Counted from the first letter of the stretch, positions 1-10,467 are shown. The stretch: 64,000 bases of DNA from Bacteriovoracia bacterium (GCA_046570105.1 JBKHVI010000001.1:115013-179012); one strand, 5' to 3'. A program made the numbers and translations. Notes: generated by a model from the letters alone, not told the origin.

Positions 1-2
1 CT

Positions 3-677
3 TTGAAGCCAGGTGCAAACATGATGAGCATGAAACACGACATGGCGGGCTCTGCAACTGTGTATGCAGCTTTCCGTGCTGCTGTTTTGATGAAGGCTCC
101 AGTAAAAATCAGCTGCTTACTTGGTATTACTGATAATGCCGTTAACTCACTTGCGACAATGCCTGACTCGATCGTGAAGGCGCGCAATGGTAAGACAGTT
201 GAAATTCTCAATACAGACGCTGAAGGTCGTCTCGTTTTGGGTGACGTGCTTGATTACGCCTGTGATCTTAAGCCTGATGGCATCATCGATGCAGCGACAC
301 TCACGGGCGCATGTCTCGTGGCCCTTGGAAGCCAAGTGACAGCAGCGCTAGGTAACAACCAGAAATGGATTGATACTGTTCTTAAGGCGGCTCAAGACAG
401 TGATGAGTACATGTGGCAATTGCCGATCATTCCTGAGTGGACTGCCGATATGAAATCGAAGATCGCTGATCTCAAAAATATCGGCTCACCGATGAAAGCT
501 GGAACTGCGACAGCGGCGGCTTTTCTCCAAGAGTTCATCAAGAACGATATTCCTTGGTGTCACCTCGATATCGCTGGAACAGCGGATGGCGCAAGTCACC
601 TTCCCTACTGTCCACCACACGGTGCTTCGGGCCTGACTGTCCGCTCACTTGTTCACTTGTTGATGACTACAAAGTAA
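3..677 (+). CDS. pepA: Leucyl aminopeptidase (M17), C-terminal part; 5' end is outside the window
   Basis: MKHDMAG, NTDAEGRL and HLDIAG motifs of M17 peptidases. Confidence 0.93.
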   Translation: MKPGANMMSMKHDMAGSATVYAAFRAAVLMKAPVKISCLLGITDNAVNSLATMPDSIVKARNGKTVEILNTDAEGRLVLGDVLDYACDLKPDGIIDAATLTGACLVALGSQVTAALGNNQKWIDTVLKAAQDSDEYMWQLPIIPEWTADMKSKIADLKNIGSPMKAGTATAAAFLQEFIKNDIPWCHLDIAGTADGASHLPYCPPHGASGLTVRSLVHLLMTTK

Positions 678-1148
678 ATGTCCGATCCTTTTTTCCGAAT
701 TGTTCTGCATGCGCCTGAGATTCCCGGTAATACCGGGAGTATCGGGCGCACTTGCGTTGCACTTAATGCTGAACTCATCCTCATTAAGCCTTATGGTTTT
801 GACATCAGCGAAAAAGCCGTTCGAAGAGCTGGCTTAGATTACTGGAAGCACGTCAAAATCAAAGAGTACGACAATTGGGAACATTTTTTAGCCAGTGAAA
901 AACCACCGCGAGACCAAATCATGTTGTTTGAAAAAGGCGAAGGCAAAGCCTGGCACTCAGCCCCCTACAAAAAAGGATCCTACTTAGTTTTTGGTGGTGA
1001 AACGCGAGGTATCCCCGATCGAATTCTGCAAGACATGCCAGATAACTTTTATAGTTTTCCCCAGTACTCCCCGCACATTCGCTCGTTGAATTTGGCCAAC
1101 ATCGCAACGGCTGCGGCCTACGAATGTTTGCGACAAATTAATCATTAG
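678..1148 (+). CDS. trmL: tRNA (cytidine/uridine34-2'-O)-methyltransferase, SPOUT family
   Basis: PEIPGNTGSIGR, RRAGLDYW, FGGETRG and RSLNLA motifs. Confidence 0.93.
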   Translation: MSDPFFRIVLHAPEIPGNTGSIGRTCVALNAELILIKPYGFDISEKAVRRAGLDYWKHVKIKEYDNWEHFLASEKPPRDQIMLFEKGEGKAWHSAPYKKGSYLVFGGETRGIPDRILQDMPDNFYSFPQYSPHIRSLNLANIATAAAYECLRQINH

Positions 1149-1150
1149 AA

Positions 1151-1180
1151 TTGGAGAAGGAGCGCATCCTCCTTCTCCAA
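1151..1180. terminator. Hairpin between convergent genes, probably a bidirectional terminator
   Basis: TTGGAGAAGGAG...CTCCTTCTCCAA inverted repeat. Confidence 0.7.
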
Positions 1181-1190
1181 AAATATAAAT

Positions 1191-2354
1191 TTACTCTTCT
1201 TCAGCGATGGCAGATCCAGTAACACTGTATTTACATGAAATACTTTCAGTACCATTTACGATATAGGGATCTTGTTCCGTACCTTGCTGGTCATAAGTTG
1301 TCACAAAATCTCTATATGCAGCGGTGTACGTTCCTGACAATTCCCCGTCTTCATAATTTAGCACTAGATCTTGTGATTCACGATAAGTGACGTCAGTTGA
1401 AGAAAGATACCATTCACCAGTCCAAGCCTCAGTAGCGACTCCGGCGGGAAGTTCAATAGACTCTTGGTCAGTAATTCTTAGTGTGTTGCTAGAAATCAAA
1501 CGAGGCAACATATCTAGAGTGCCAGTTCCACAATTTTCATACTGCATGTCGCAGTCTACAAAGGTTCCATCCATATTCAAGGTTGGTCTTGCTGCGATTT
1601 CATCAAACTCTGCGTAATTTGTAAGATCAATAAAGTATGTATCAGCTGAACCTGGCTTAGTAATCTCTCCTGAAGCTGCTATATATTGGTAGCAATAATC
1701 GGTAGAACCTGATGTTAAAGTACCGAATATTTTGATTCGGTTCTCACCTGTTTGTACATTAGCGTTCGTAGCAATTGTATTAAGAACTGTTTTAAGCTCA
1801 TTAGAAAGAGAACTATTTAAAGTGATGAAGCGATTAATATGAGCTTCTGCATCTAACGCTGAAACAACTGTTAATTTATCCAACTTTGTAGGATCTGCTA
1901 TAATTGCATCAAAAGTTTCTGCCGACAGATCATCTGTAAATGAACTTATATCCAAAACTGCATCATCGTCGAGATCAGCCGGATCTCCAGCTTCTGGCAA
2001 CGCAATAGTTAAGAGGATACGCGAGACTTTAACTTTATCAGCTGGAGAAATGTCTAACTCGCTTAGAAATACTTTATCTCCACAAGACGCAGAGCCTATG
2101 GTCAGACCATTGATCAAAAACTCAATTGCTTCACCACGAACGCAGCTAAACTTACCACCGTTTGCTGTCGTATCAGTTGAACCATCCGCATATTTAACTG
2201 TGAGTCCATTCACTGGAGCATCAATAAACTGCGCAGAGATTGAACTAAAAACACTTCCATCACTGCTACCACCACCGCCACTTGAACCACCACCGCCTCC
2301 GCAAGCAACTGCTAACATGAGTGAAGGCAAAACTGCATAATTAAGAAATCTCAT
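1191..2354 (-). CDS. Hypothetical acidic lipoprotein
   Basis: Lipobox LAVAC followed by a Gly/Ser linker; FIDAPVNGL..Y motif common in surface lipoproteins; RBS AAGGAG. Confidence 0.8.
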   Translation of the reverse strand: MRFLNYAVLPSLMLAVACGGGGGSSGGGGSSDGSVFSSISAQFIDAPVNGLTVKYADGSTDTTANGGKFSCVRGEAIEFLINGLTIGSASCGDKVFLSELDISPADKVKVSRILLTIALPEAGDPADLDDDAVLDISSFTDDLSAETFDAIIADPTKLDKLTVVSALDAEAHINRFITLNSSLSNELKTVLNTIATNANVQTGENRIKIFGTLTSGSTDYCYQYIAASGEITKPGSADTYFIDLTNYAEFDEIAARPTLNMDGTFVDCDMQYENCGTGTLDMLPRLISSNTLRITDQESIELPAGVATEAWTGEWYLSSTDVTYRESQDLVLNYEDGELSGTYTAAYRDFVTTYDQQGTEQDPYIVNGTESISCKYSVTGSAIAEEE

Positions 2355-2618
2355 CCATTCTCCTTGGTTTTACTTGCTATAAGTATATGTGAATCCATTT
2401 TAATCTCAAGTTAAGAATTTCATCGATATAGGAAGAGTTTGATTTTTAAACAAATTCAGAGACTTAATTTTTGTGAATTTGAATTTCGAATTTGTTCTGG
2501 CCATAGTTTTAAATTTTCAATCCCTGACTGTTTTAGTTTGAACTTCAAAAAATAGCTTGGATTGCTTCCAATAACGTTTCTTGATGACTTCACTTTTTGT
2601 ATTTCCTAGTATTTTCCG

Positions 2619-3095
2619 ATGAGATTTCTTTGTATTTTATTTTTGATTTTCGCATCAAAAAGTTTCGCCAACATCATCGCTGCCACCGGCGTCTCCGCTG
2701 TCACTGAAGGACGTGTGATTCCGATTCTCTACGTGGGATACGATGCGCCTGATTTTGCGGCCACCATCAGCTCGGTGGGCGTAGCAAACGATGTGTACTA
2801 CCAATCGGCTTATCAGTTAGGAATTTTTCGTCAAACTGATTTAGAGAATTTTTTGTGGGGCAAAACTCGAGCAGGCATGGGCCTCGGTGTCCATTACGCT
2901 GAGAGAGGGCTTGAGCAATACGATAAAACCGAAAAGGTCACTGATTTCTCCATGGGCCCCAGCATTCGCGTGACCTGGGAAGTTCTGCCTTATGTCGTTC
3001 TTGGAGTTGAATCATTCGTTGGGATTGGAAGCGCCGACATCATCATTCTCTCTACTCAGCAAATCAGTACTCTGTTTTTGGGAGTGAGATTTTGA
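2619..3095 (+). CDS. Secreted small beta-barrel-like hypothetical protein
   Basis: Signal peptide, alternating beta pattern, C-terminal GVRF. Confidence 0.65.
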   Translation: MRFLCILFLIFASKSFANIIAATGVSAVTEGRVIPILYVGYDAPDFAATISSVGVANDVYYQSAYQLGIFRQTDLENFLWGKTRAGMGLGVHYAERGLEQYDKTEKVTDFSMGPSIRVTWEVLPYVVLGVESFVGIGSADIIILSTQQISTLFLGVRF

Positions 3096-3475
3096 AAAAA
3101 ATTATCTTCACCATTCTAGTCATCCTATTTTTCACAAAACCTTCATACTCTGCAGTCGATGAGAAGATTGGTCACCTCTACGTCGCTGGGGGACCGGGCC
3201 TCATCAGCCTTGGCAGTTTACGAGTCGGAGTGCGGAGCTGGGAGTTCGGTCTCCTTAATCGAAATGGTATCGGCCTCGCGAAGCTGTTTTACAAAGGCAA
3301 TGTCTACGCAGGTTTTGGTCCAGCCTACGTGAATGGCCTAGGATTTTACGGCGCCATGGGCTTCGAATGGCCCTTCTGGGCGATCTTTTCATTTCGCTCA
3401 GAAATTAATACCGTACAGAGTTTTAATAATTATTCGGAAGGCGGCATCTTGGCCGGCTTCACGATCTATCTCTAG
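3092..3475 (+). CDS. Secreted Gly/aromatic-rich hypothetical protein (small OMP-like)
   Basis: Signal peptide; 4-bp overlap with the upstream gene. Confidence 0.6.
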   Translation: MKKIIFTILVILFFTKPSYSAVDEKIGHLYVAGGPGLISLGSLRVGVRSWEFGLLNRNGIGLAKLFYKGNVYAGFGPAYVNGLGFYGAMGFEWPFWAIFSFRSEINTVQSFNNYSEGGILAGFTIYL

Positions 3476-3481
3476 GAGATT

Positions 3482-4168
3482 TTGATGTATCGAATAATTC
3501 TCATCATTTTCTTTCTTCTTATGATGTCTGGCTTTCGCCTCCTATCTTCAGACAAATGGAACAATAAAGAATCCTCACCTACCCTATGGGTAAAAGTATG
3601 CGACGACATGATTGATGCTGAAATCGATGATAATGATTTATCAACTAATGATGCTCTCTACGGACGTAATCTCGACGTAAGAGCGGTCGTTCAAAGTATT
3701 ATCCGTGATATAAATAAAGTTGATAAATCTTGGATTCGCTTAGCTCTCTACCCAGCTGACCCACAAAACCCTGGAGCTCCTGCAACGGGAGACGACACAT
3801 TCACTATCGCATTAGCAGAGAATCGTACCATTGAGATTTGTGAGAACTCGCCAACAAATCCTTTCCAAGGTGGAGAAGCAAGGCCTGAAGTTGAAGGAAG
3901 TGAGGTCATTGGCTGCAAAATTCAAATGAATCGCAAATCCAGAAAAAAAGCACGCGGTTTTACTGGAACCTTGACCCATGAAATAGGTCATTGTCTGGGT
4001 CTGGATCATCCACAAGAAACTCGTCACGCAATTATGTCTTACTTTCACTCTGAGAAACAGTATCGCTTAATGATTGATGACAAGATGGGATTGATTCATC
4101 TTTACCCAGAAGATGGAATCTCATTAAAAGAAAAACCAAACCTAGGGCTTAAGTGCTCTAAGGACTAG
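3482..4168 (+). CDS. Matrixin/M10-like zinc metalloprotease
   Basis: HEIGHCLGLDH (HExxHxxGxxH) plus Met-turn AIMSY; signal peptide. Confidence 0.88.
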   Translation: MMYRIILIIFFLLMMSGFRLLSSDKWNNKESSPTLWVKVCDDMIDAEIDDNDLSTNDALYGRNLDVRAVVQSIIRDINKVDKSWIRLALYPADPQNPGAPATGDDTFTIALAENRTIEICENSPTNPFQGGEARPEVEGSEVIGCKIQMNRKSRKKARGFTGTLTHEIGHCLGLDHPQETRHAIMSYFHSEKQYRLMIDDKMGLIHLYPEDGISLKEKPNLGLKCSKD

Positions 4169-4172
4169 GGTA

Positions 4173-4835
4173 TTAGGACGCCTCGACTAACTCTACTACT
4201 CCGTCTCGTAAAACTTGAATACGAACTCCTGCGCTCGCAAGTTTTGCGCGAAGATTTGAAAGATGACTATTGAGAGTTTTATCCGACACGTTTATTTCGC
4301 CCCAGATTTTTTGAAAGATAGTGCTCTTGTGGGTTTTATTTTGAGAACATCGCAAAAGGTGCGCCAAAATTTTAAGTTCCTTCAGAGTAACATCAATCAA
4401 TTCATCCCCCGAACGAACTTCCATCATTTGCAAATCGACTAACAAATTACCGAGACGCAATTTCGTTTTTTTGAAATTCTGGATACAGTTCTCAACTCGT
4501 AACTTAAATTCTGCAGGCCCCATAGATTTAGAAACAAATTCGGCCCCCGTCTCCACCATGGCTTCTTTTAGCGTTTCTGGTGACACATCAAAAGAAACAA
4601 AAATGACGGGTACATCTTTGGTATTTTCAGCATTCATTAATTCTTTTGAAACACTGAAACCGCAGGATTCAACTAAATGAATATCAATCAAATAGGCATC
4701 GAGTTTTTTAGATTTACAACAATCTATAAACTCTTCTTTAACCGTATAAGTCTCAAGATTGAAATTTGCACCTAACTTAAAAGCTACGACAGCAAAATTT
4801 GATTCCTGATCATCGAGATATGCAACGTGATACAT
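4173..4835 (-). CDS. OmpR-family response regulator (REC + winged helix)
   Basis: LDD, LIDIHL and SK receiver residues; C-terminal T.KE..IL and HLSNLRAKL winged helix. Confidence 0.88.
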   Translation of the reverse strand: MYHVAYLDDQESNFAVVAFKLGANFNLETYTVKEEFIDCCKSKKLDAYLIDIHLVESCGFSVSKELMNAENTKDVPVIFVSFDVSPETLKEAMVETGAEFVSKSMGPAEFKLRVENCIQNFKKTKLRLGNLLVDLQMMEVRSGDELIDVTLKELKILAHLLRCSQNKTHKSTIFQKIWGEINVSDKTLNSHLSNLRAKLASAGVRIQVLRDGVVELVEAS

Positions 4836-4931
4836 TAAAGAAAATTCCTAATGAAATAAGCTATCTAGGATTTTAACCAAAAATTTTAGGATTTTGAGAC
4901 AAGATTTCTGGGCAGAGACGCCAGGCAGCAA

Positions 4932-5708
4932 TCACTTCTCCCAGAAGAATTGCTCCGTGACCCACAACTTACGCTGCTCCTCAGTAATTATTCGCCCCCA
5001 GCGCATCTTTAGAAGAACTGCCTTGATTCGAGAACGAGCAAAGCGGGTCAATTTCCTTTTCTGAAACGACACATAATAGCGCTTGGGTGACGGCAGCAAC
5101 ATGGCCAAAAACGCAGCCTCTCTTGGATTAAGTGCAGAAGGATGTTTTTTGAAATAGTGATAACTGGCATTTCGAATTCCATAAATTTTTGGACCAAATT
5201 CAACAATGTTAAAATACGTTTCTAAGATTTTTTTCTTAGGAACAGTCTTCTCCATTTTTTGAGTCAAAATCATTTCATGAATTTTTCGAATAATACTTCG
5301 ACTTGAAGAAAGAAAAACATTTTTCACAACTTGTTGAGAAATTGTGCTGGCGCCTCTTACAAGTCGACGTTCCTTCACACTCTCATTAATCGCTTTTTTT
5401 AGTTCGTCGTAATCGACTCCCTGATGGTCGTAGAATCCCCAATCCTCAGATAATATGATGGCCCATTTTCCGTAAGAGGAAATTTGATCTAGCCTTACCC
5501 AGTATGCAGGGGCCTTAGGCCGAAATTCATACTCAACTTTCTCATCAATATTTTTTGGAATGATCACATGAGGCCACTCGCTATTCATGCGAGAAACATC
5601 GTCAGAAAAATACATATAAACAGGCATAACCAAGGCAACAAATAGGAAGAGCCCCAAAGCAATGGGGAGTCTTCTTAACCAAGGTTTTTTACGCTTTTTT
5701 CGTGCCAT
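4932..5708 (-). CDS. mtgA: Monofunctional peptidoglycan transglycosylase (GT51)
   Basis: EDWGFYDHQG, RGASTISQQVVKN, RKIHE and KKILETYFN motifs; no transpeptidase domain. Confidence 0.88.
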   Translation of the reverse strand: MARKKRKKPWLRRLPIALGLFLFVALVMPVYMYFSDDVSRMNSEWPHVIIPKNIDEKVEYEFRPKAPAYWVRLDQISSYGKWAIILSEDWGFYDHQGVDYDELKKAINESVKERRLVRGASTISQQVVKNVFLSSSRSIIRKIHEMILTQKMEKTVPKKKILETYFNIVEFGPKIYGIRNASYHYFKKHPSALNPREAAFLAMLLPSPKRYYVSFQKRKLTRFARSRIKAVLLKMRWGRIITEEQRKLWVTEQFFWEK

Positions 5709-5785
5709 AAGGCCTTAATTTACAACATTTTAGCCACTTAGGGGAGCACTCAAGACAAATATTCGAAATTCCGAAAAGTTAGGCT

Positions 5786-6205
5786 GTGAAACCTTATGTC
5801 GGGCTCCTCTGCGCCCTAATAGCAGGCTGTCATCAAACTCACCCATTGAAGGGGATAAAGGACATTCGTCCCGGCAGCACTTCTTTGCAGGAAGCCTTAT
5901 TAATACTCGAAGATCCAGAGCGGGTGATGAATAACGAAACTCAACCCGGAACACAGATCTTTCATTGGGAAGAGTTCTCTCTACAAATTGACCATAAAAT
6001 TGTTGAAGCGATCTTTCGAAATCCAACGGCCAATGAAACCTCATTTCTCTATTGGCGACATGCTTACCGACAAAACCACACTCAATTAAAAAAAATCAAA
6101 AATACAAGTCATTGGCAATTCACAGTCCCTCAAGCTGGTCTTGCTGTCATCTATGATGAAGAACTTGATCTTGTGACAAAGGTTGTACGTTATGAAGCAC
6201 CCTAA
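5786..6205 (+). CDS. Hypothetical lipoprotein
   Basis: Lipobox LIAGC. Confidence 0.65.
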   Translation: MKPYVGLLCALIAGCHQTHPLKGIKDIRPGSTSLQEALLILEDPERVMNNETQPGTQIFHWEEFSLQIDHKIVEAIFRNPTANETSFLYWRHAYRQNHTQLKKIKNTSHWQFTVPQAGLAVIYDEELDLVTKVVRYEAP

Positions 6206-8555
6206 TCAGTGGCTGAGACTCGCAACCGTTTTATGGAAGTTTAATTGGAGAAAAAATCCAAACTTAAAATTCATAACTTTCTTTGCTGCTGCCATATTGT
6301 TGTTCAGTGCTCTCAAGCATTTTGATCACCCATCTTCCAAAAAAACGTCGTGGCATACCACTTATTGGCAATTACCACATATAGATTCTGCTCGAATGCC
6401 TGCTTCAGGAGAAGAGTGTTCACCAAATACTCCCAAGCTAGATGATCTTCAAAGAGAAAATAAAAAGCTAAATCATCTTAAGAGCCATTCTATAAAAGGT
6501 TTTTGGCTGCATTTTAATTTAGCAAAATTAAGTTTTGCTGAGGCACGCTTTCTTTCATTTTTCCCTGCTGCTCCTCTCCTTCCAGTAGCGCAACAACTCA
6601 AGACTTGCGTCGACATCCCTTGTCTCTTTAATCAGCTATCGCAAGATCAAAGTGGTGAATACGGAGAGCTGGCATGGAACTTCTATCTTAAAACAGGCAT
6701 CGCACTTCAATGGAAAGACGGCGAAAACTCATTTAATAAAAATGAACTGCAACTTCTGTGGCAACTAGCTTCGCAACTACCCACTTCATTCTTGCATCAA
6801 ACAAAATTAAGACAGCTGAGTAAGTCTCCGCTGCGCGAAGGGGTTTGCTTCAATACGCACAACTCTGTGGTCGAATTATCGACTCAGTGTTTAACTCTTG
6901 AATCAACGGCAGTAGAGACAAAGAAGATTATTGTCGCTGGCATGGCCGATGCTCTTTATTCTCAACTAAAAATGCCTGAACAATCTCAGTTCTCTTGGCA
7001 AAAGAATACTTGGAAAGAATTGACTCAAGATCGAAAGGCTTTTGCTCAACAAGTAGCTCAGTATATCGTTCAATTTGAAGCCGCTCCGGAATTGCATTCC
7101 TACTTTAAAGAAACACTTTTTAAACGTGATTGGTCTCTCGCCGGAGAGATGCATCGAATGTTCAAAAAAGATCAGTGGCTTTGGCGAGACATAAAAAATC
7201 GTCATCTTAACGACTGCCTAGATTTACACAAGTCCGCTCTGTTTGAAAAAAAATCACCAAGAGGCATTGCCTCATTATCAGAGCCACATCCAATAGCTGT
7301 TTGCTTGAGAGAAACTGCGCAACAAGATTTTTTAAAAAACAGACGCCAATGGTTAAGCCAAGAGAATCCACGTCACTGTGAGTGGCTAAGTTCTTTGCCT
7401 TCGGGAGCTGTACCAGTCGATGAATACATCCATCATTGGGAAAAATTACTGACGAGAGATATAGATCAACTTGAATGGCGCTTGAGAGCAGAAGGGCCTT
7501 CGTGGCTGGCACAGCATATCAAAAAAGAAGTTGTACTCGCAAAAATGGATCCCACTTGGGTTTATTTTCAATGTCATGCTTCACAAAATCCCAAGGGATG
7601 TTACGAGCAAGGACTCACTAATCTTGTGCGAGAGCAGGAGCGTGGCCCTGCTTCAGAAAAAGAAGAATGGCTTAACGACTATCCATTTGAATCACTCGAA
7701 GAAAGAGTGAACGAGGATGTAGGTATAAAGCGTCAGTGGTTTTTAAGTCACATTGAAGAGGACGCAGAAAAGGCTTGGAGTCATTGTTGGCGGCAAGGGC
7801 CAAATGAGATGGTACTTTTAAAATCATCTCCACAATGGATTAGCTCAGGCGCTGAATATGTCGATGGGAAATTCGCTACTTGCTTGGAAAATGCTTCCGC
7901 AAGACTTGTGAGTCAGATTATTAAAGATAATTCACCCGAGTCGCTATTTTGGCTAAAAGAGCTCAAATCACCACTAAAAGACTGGTGGAAAAAGAAAATT
8001 CAAACCGAAGCAAATAAAGAACGCTCATGGCTTCTGCAGCAATCTGAACTAATTAAATCTAATCTTTCACAAGACTTGCTAAGTCAGTTGAAAGGTCACC
8101 AGAATTTTAGCGTCAACGCTCAATGCTTAAATCGCTTATCTTATCATTATCCTACTCGCATGTACTTCCACGAGCGTCGACAACTCAATCAAAATTTTGG
8201 TGTGCGACTTTGTAAAGAAGTACTCGCAACGGTTTCTATGAAGAAAGCGGTTGGCTCTTATAAAAAAATGCGATGGAACAACTTCGGAAGCGAATTAACC
8301 ACACAGTTGCTTACTCGCTGGGAAGATCGTACGCGACGTTTTTGTTTTGGTCGAATTCCTGCACAAGAGATAAGAGATCTCATCGAGACGGAAAAGATGA
8401 AAGGATGCATGAGAGAGCAATTCGATCTCTCTAGGCCGGAAGCCTCAACAGAAGTCACACAAAAGTTTTCGCTACCAGAGGACAGTCTTGATGAATTCAA
8501 AGACGAAGTCATCACCATAGCTGAAGCCTCACTTTTAGACCAATTACAGAAATGA
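6183..8555 (+). CDS. Large Cys/Trp-rich membrane-anchored hypothetical protein (start may be ATG 6192)
   Basis: 790-aa ORF with an N-terminal TM segment; overlaps both neighbours. Confidence 0.75.
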   Translation: MYVMKHPNQWLRLATVLWKFNWRKNPNLKFITFFAAAILLFSALKHFDHPSSKKTSWHTTYWQLPHIDSARMPASGEECSPNTPKLDDLQRENKKLNHLKSHSIKGFWLHFNLAKLSFAEARFLSFFPAAPLLPVAQQLKTCVDIPCLFNQLSQDQSGEYGELAWNFYLKTGIALQWKDGENSFNKNELQLLWQLASQLPTSFLHQTKLRQLSKSPLREGVCFNTHNSVVELSTQCLTLESTAVETKKIIVAGMADALYSQLKMPEQSQFSWQKNTWKELTQDRKAFAQQVAQYIVQFEAAPELHSYFKETLFKRDWSLAGEMHRMFKKDQWLWRDIKNRHLNDCLDLHKSALFEKKSPRGIASLSEPHPIAVCLRETAQQDFLKNRRQWLSQENPRHCEWLSSLPSGAVPVDEYIHHWEKLLTRDIDQLEWRLRAEGPSWLAQHIKKEVVLAKMDPTWVYFQCHASQNPKGCYEQGLTNLVREQERGPASEKEEWLNDYPFESLEERVNEDVGIKRQWFLSHIEEDAEKAWSHCWRQGPNEMVLLKSSPQWISSGAEYVDGKFATCLENASARLVSQIIKDNSPESLFWLKELKSPLKDWWKKKIQTEANKERSWLLQQSELIKSNLSQDLLSQLKGHQNFSVNAQCLNRLSYHYPTRMYFHERRQLNQNFGVRLCKEVLATVSMKKAVGSYKKMRWNNFGSELTTQLLTRWEDRTRRFCFGRIPAQEIRDLIETEKMKGCMREQFDLSRPEASTEVTQKFSLPEDSLDEFKDEVITIAEASLLDQLQK

Positions 8556-9661
8556 GTGGCTGCACCTATTTTGATAAAAACTTATGCCGCTCATGCTCTG
8601 AAATGGATAAAGATCCAACAGAGTTGCTTACTCAAAAAAATATCCTGCTCCAGAATATTTTCAATATCGAGCCTGAAATTTCATCACAAGGTTCTCTTTG
8701 GGGATTTCGTGACAAAATCAAGCTCAATGTTGGGGGAACACTTGAGGCTCCCCTTATTGGACTTCTTTCAGTTGATCTAAAAAATGTAGCAGAACTTCCT
8801 CTTTGCCCTGTTCAAGCAACAACCTTGAATGAATCAATCGCTCCATTAAAAGATTTCATTACACGCTGGAAACTCACACCTTACGATATCAATTCACGCA
8901 AGGGCGAACTCAAAGGATTAATCCTTAGCTGGTCCCCCACGACAAAACAGAAAATGATTCGCTTTGTATTACGCTCGAAAGAAGCGCTCGATCGAATTCG
9001 ACTCGGACTTTCGGAGTTAGGTGAGTTCAATGTCGTTTCAGTTAACATTCAACCCATTCCTCATGCTCTCCTTGAGGGTGAAGAAGAAATTGTGCTCTCA
9101 ACGGCTCAAACTCTTATTCATCAGAGTGGCGACATTCGTTTATCTTTTTCTCCGCAAAGTTTTATGCAAACTAATTCTGCTGTCGCCACACAACTTTATC
9201 AAACTGCCACAGAATGGCTTTCACCGTGGAAGAACAATCCCGTGCTTGATTTGTTCTGTGGAGCTGGTGGCTTTGCTCTACATCTCGCGAGCAAGGGACA
9301 TCATGTTTTAGGTATTGAAATTAATGCTTCGGCGATCAAAGAGGCTCAACGCATGGCCCATGAACTGAAACTATCAGCGCAATTTAAAGCGGCCGCAGTT
9401 GCAAGAATTGAGCACGAATGGACCACATTTGTTCCTCAAGTTGTCCTCGTGAATCCGCCCCGTCGCGGCTTGGGAGAGGCCCTTGACCTCGTTATGCGCC
9501 AACGGCCGGCCATTCTCCTCTACTCCAGTTGTTCATATGAGAGCCTGGCTGCAGATTTTTCGATATTAAAAACTCATTATGACGCAATTCGCACAAAAAT
9601 CTTCGACATGTTCCCTTTCACTAATCATTTTGAGAGCTTAACCCTGCTGGTCCGACGATAG
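8552..9661 (+). CDS. rlmC: 23S rRNA m5U methyltransferase, RlmC/RumB type
   Basis: N-terminal CxxFxxxxCRSC, SFMQTN, DLFCGAGGF, VNPPRRG, YSSC and DMFP motifs. Confidence 0.85.
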   Translation: MSGCTYFDKNLCRSCSEMDKDPTELLTQKNILLQNIFNIEPEISSQGSLWGFRDKIKLNVGGTLEAPLIGLLSVDLKNVAELPLCPVQATTLNESIAPLKDFITRWKLTPYDINSRKGELKGLILSWSPTTKQKMIRFVLRSKEALDRIRLGLSELGEFNVVSVNIQPIPHALLEGEEEIVLSTAQTLIHQSGDIRLSFSPQSFMQTNSAVATQLYQTATEWLSPWKNNPVLDLFCGAGGFALHLASKGHHVLGIEINASAIKEAQRMAHELKLSAQFKAAAVARIEHEWTTFVPQVVLVNPPRRGLGEALDLVMRQRPAILLYSSCSYESLAADFSILKTHYDAIRTKIFDMFPFTNHFESLTLLVRR

Positions 9662-9686
9662 GGACTACATAGGGGCGCAAATACCA

Positions 9687-9713
9687 TAAATTTTATTTTG
9701 AGTGGTCCGATGA
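9687..9713 (+). promoter_or_regulatory. Putative sigma28 (FliA) promoter
   Basis: TAAA-N15-TCCGATGA upstream of the ORF at 9778. Confidence 0.5.
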
Positions 9714-9777
9714 GATTTATCATTATTGTTTGATATATCAAACAATAGTATCATATCATCAACACAGGAGGGCTTTC

Positions 9778-9966
9778 ATGATGATCCACCATTCAATCCA
9801 ACTTCTCAGAGAACTCCATGAACTCGAAAACGAGATCAAACTTTGGGAGGATCTTACTCGTCGAATGGGTCTTGAGATTGACTCAAGGGCCATTTTGCAC
9901 CTCTTACTCTCCAATAAAATGAAAAATAATCACACGACTTTGACGGACACTAAGATAGTTTCCTAG
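9778..9966 (+). CDS. Small hypothetical protein (62 aa)
   Basis: Strong RBS AGGAGG before ATG 9778. Confidence 0.55.
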   Translation: MMIHHSIQLLRELHELENEIKLWEDLTRRMGLEIDSRAILHLLLSNKMKNNHTTLTDTKIVS

Positions 9967-10001
9967 GATGCCATGTGTATCTATCAATTATGGAGGACTT
10001 C

Positions 10002-10409
10002 ATGAAAGCACTTCTCGCTTCTTTGCTCCTTGTTGCTGTTGCCCTACCGGCCATGGCCCAAGTAGTGATTCGTCGCCCGATTCCAATCCCACCACACTAT
10101 CCATACCCAGGTGACCCTTGGCGTGATCCTTGGCGCCAACCTATGCCACCACAAGACTTCTGCTACGGTGATCGTTTTGATCGCGTTTCCGAACTCACTC
10201 GTGAAGCAGCTATCGTTCGTCTAGACCGCTTTGAAGTAGAAAAAGCTGTTGAGTGCTCACTCACTTCTTCTGGCCTTGATACTGCTTCTGGCAAATGTTA
10301 CGAAGCTAACGGCGACTTGTTCGCTCGCTTGAACATGTCATTTGTTGTGAACTGCAATACACGCAGTGGTTCTTCAAGACTCCGCAAAACAACGATTAAG
10401 TACTACTAG
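10002..10409 (+). CDS. Secreted Pro-rich hypothetical protein
   Basis: RBS GGAGG, signal peptide ending AMA, Pro-rich linker, 4 Cys. Confidence 0.75.
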   Translation: MKALLASLLLVAVALPAMAQVVIRRPIPIPPHYPYPGDPWRDPWRQPMPPQDFCYGDRFDRVSELTREAAIVRLDRFEVEKAVECSLTSSGLDTASGKCYEANGDLFARLNMSFVVNCNTRSGSSRLRKTTIKYY

Positions 10410-10438
10410 TACAAGTCTTAATTGTTGCTCCTTGTTTC

Positions 10439-10467
10439 GGCCAAAAGGTGTCACTCACCTTTTGGCC
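10439..10467. repeat. REP-like hairpin at the 3' end of the RAYT gene
   Basis: GGCCAAAAGGTG-tcact-CACCTTTTGGCC, perfect 12-bp stem. Confidence 0.7.
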
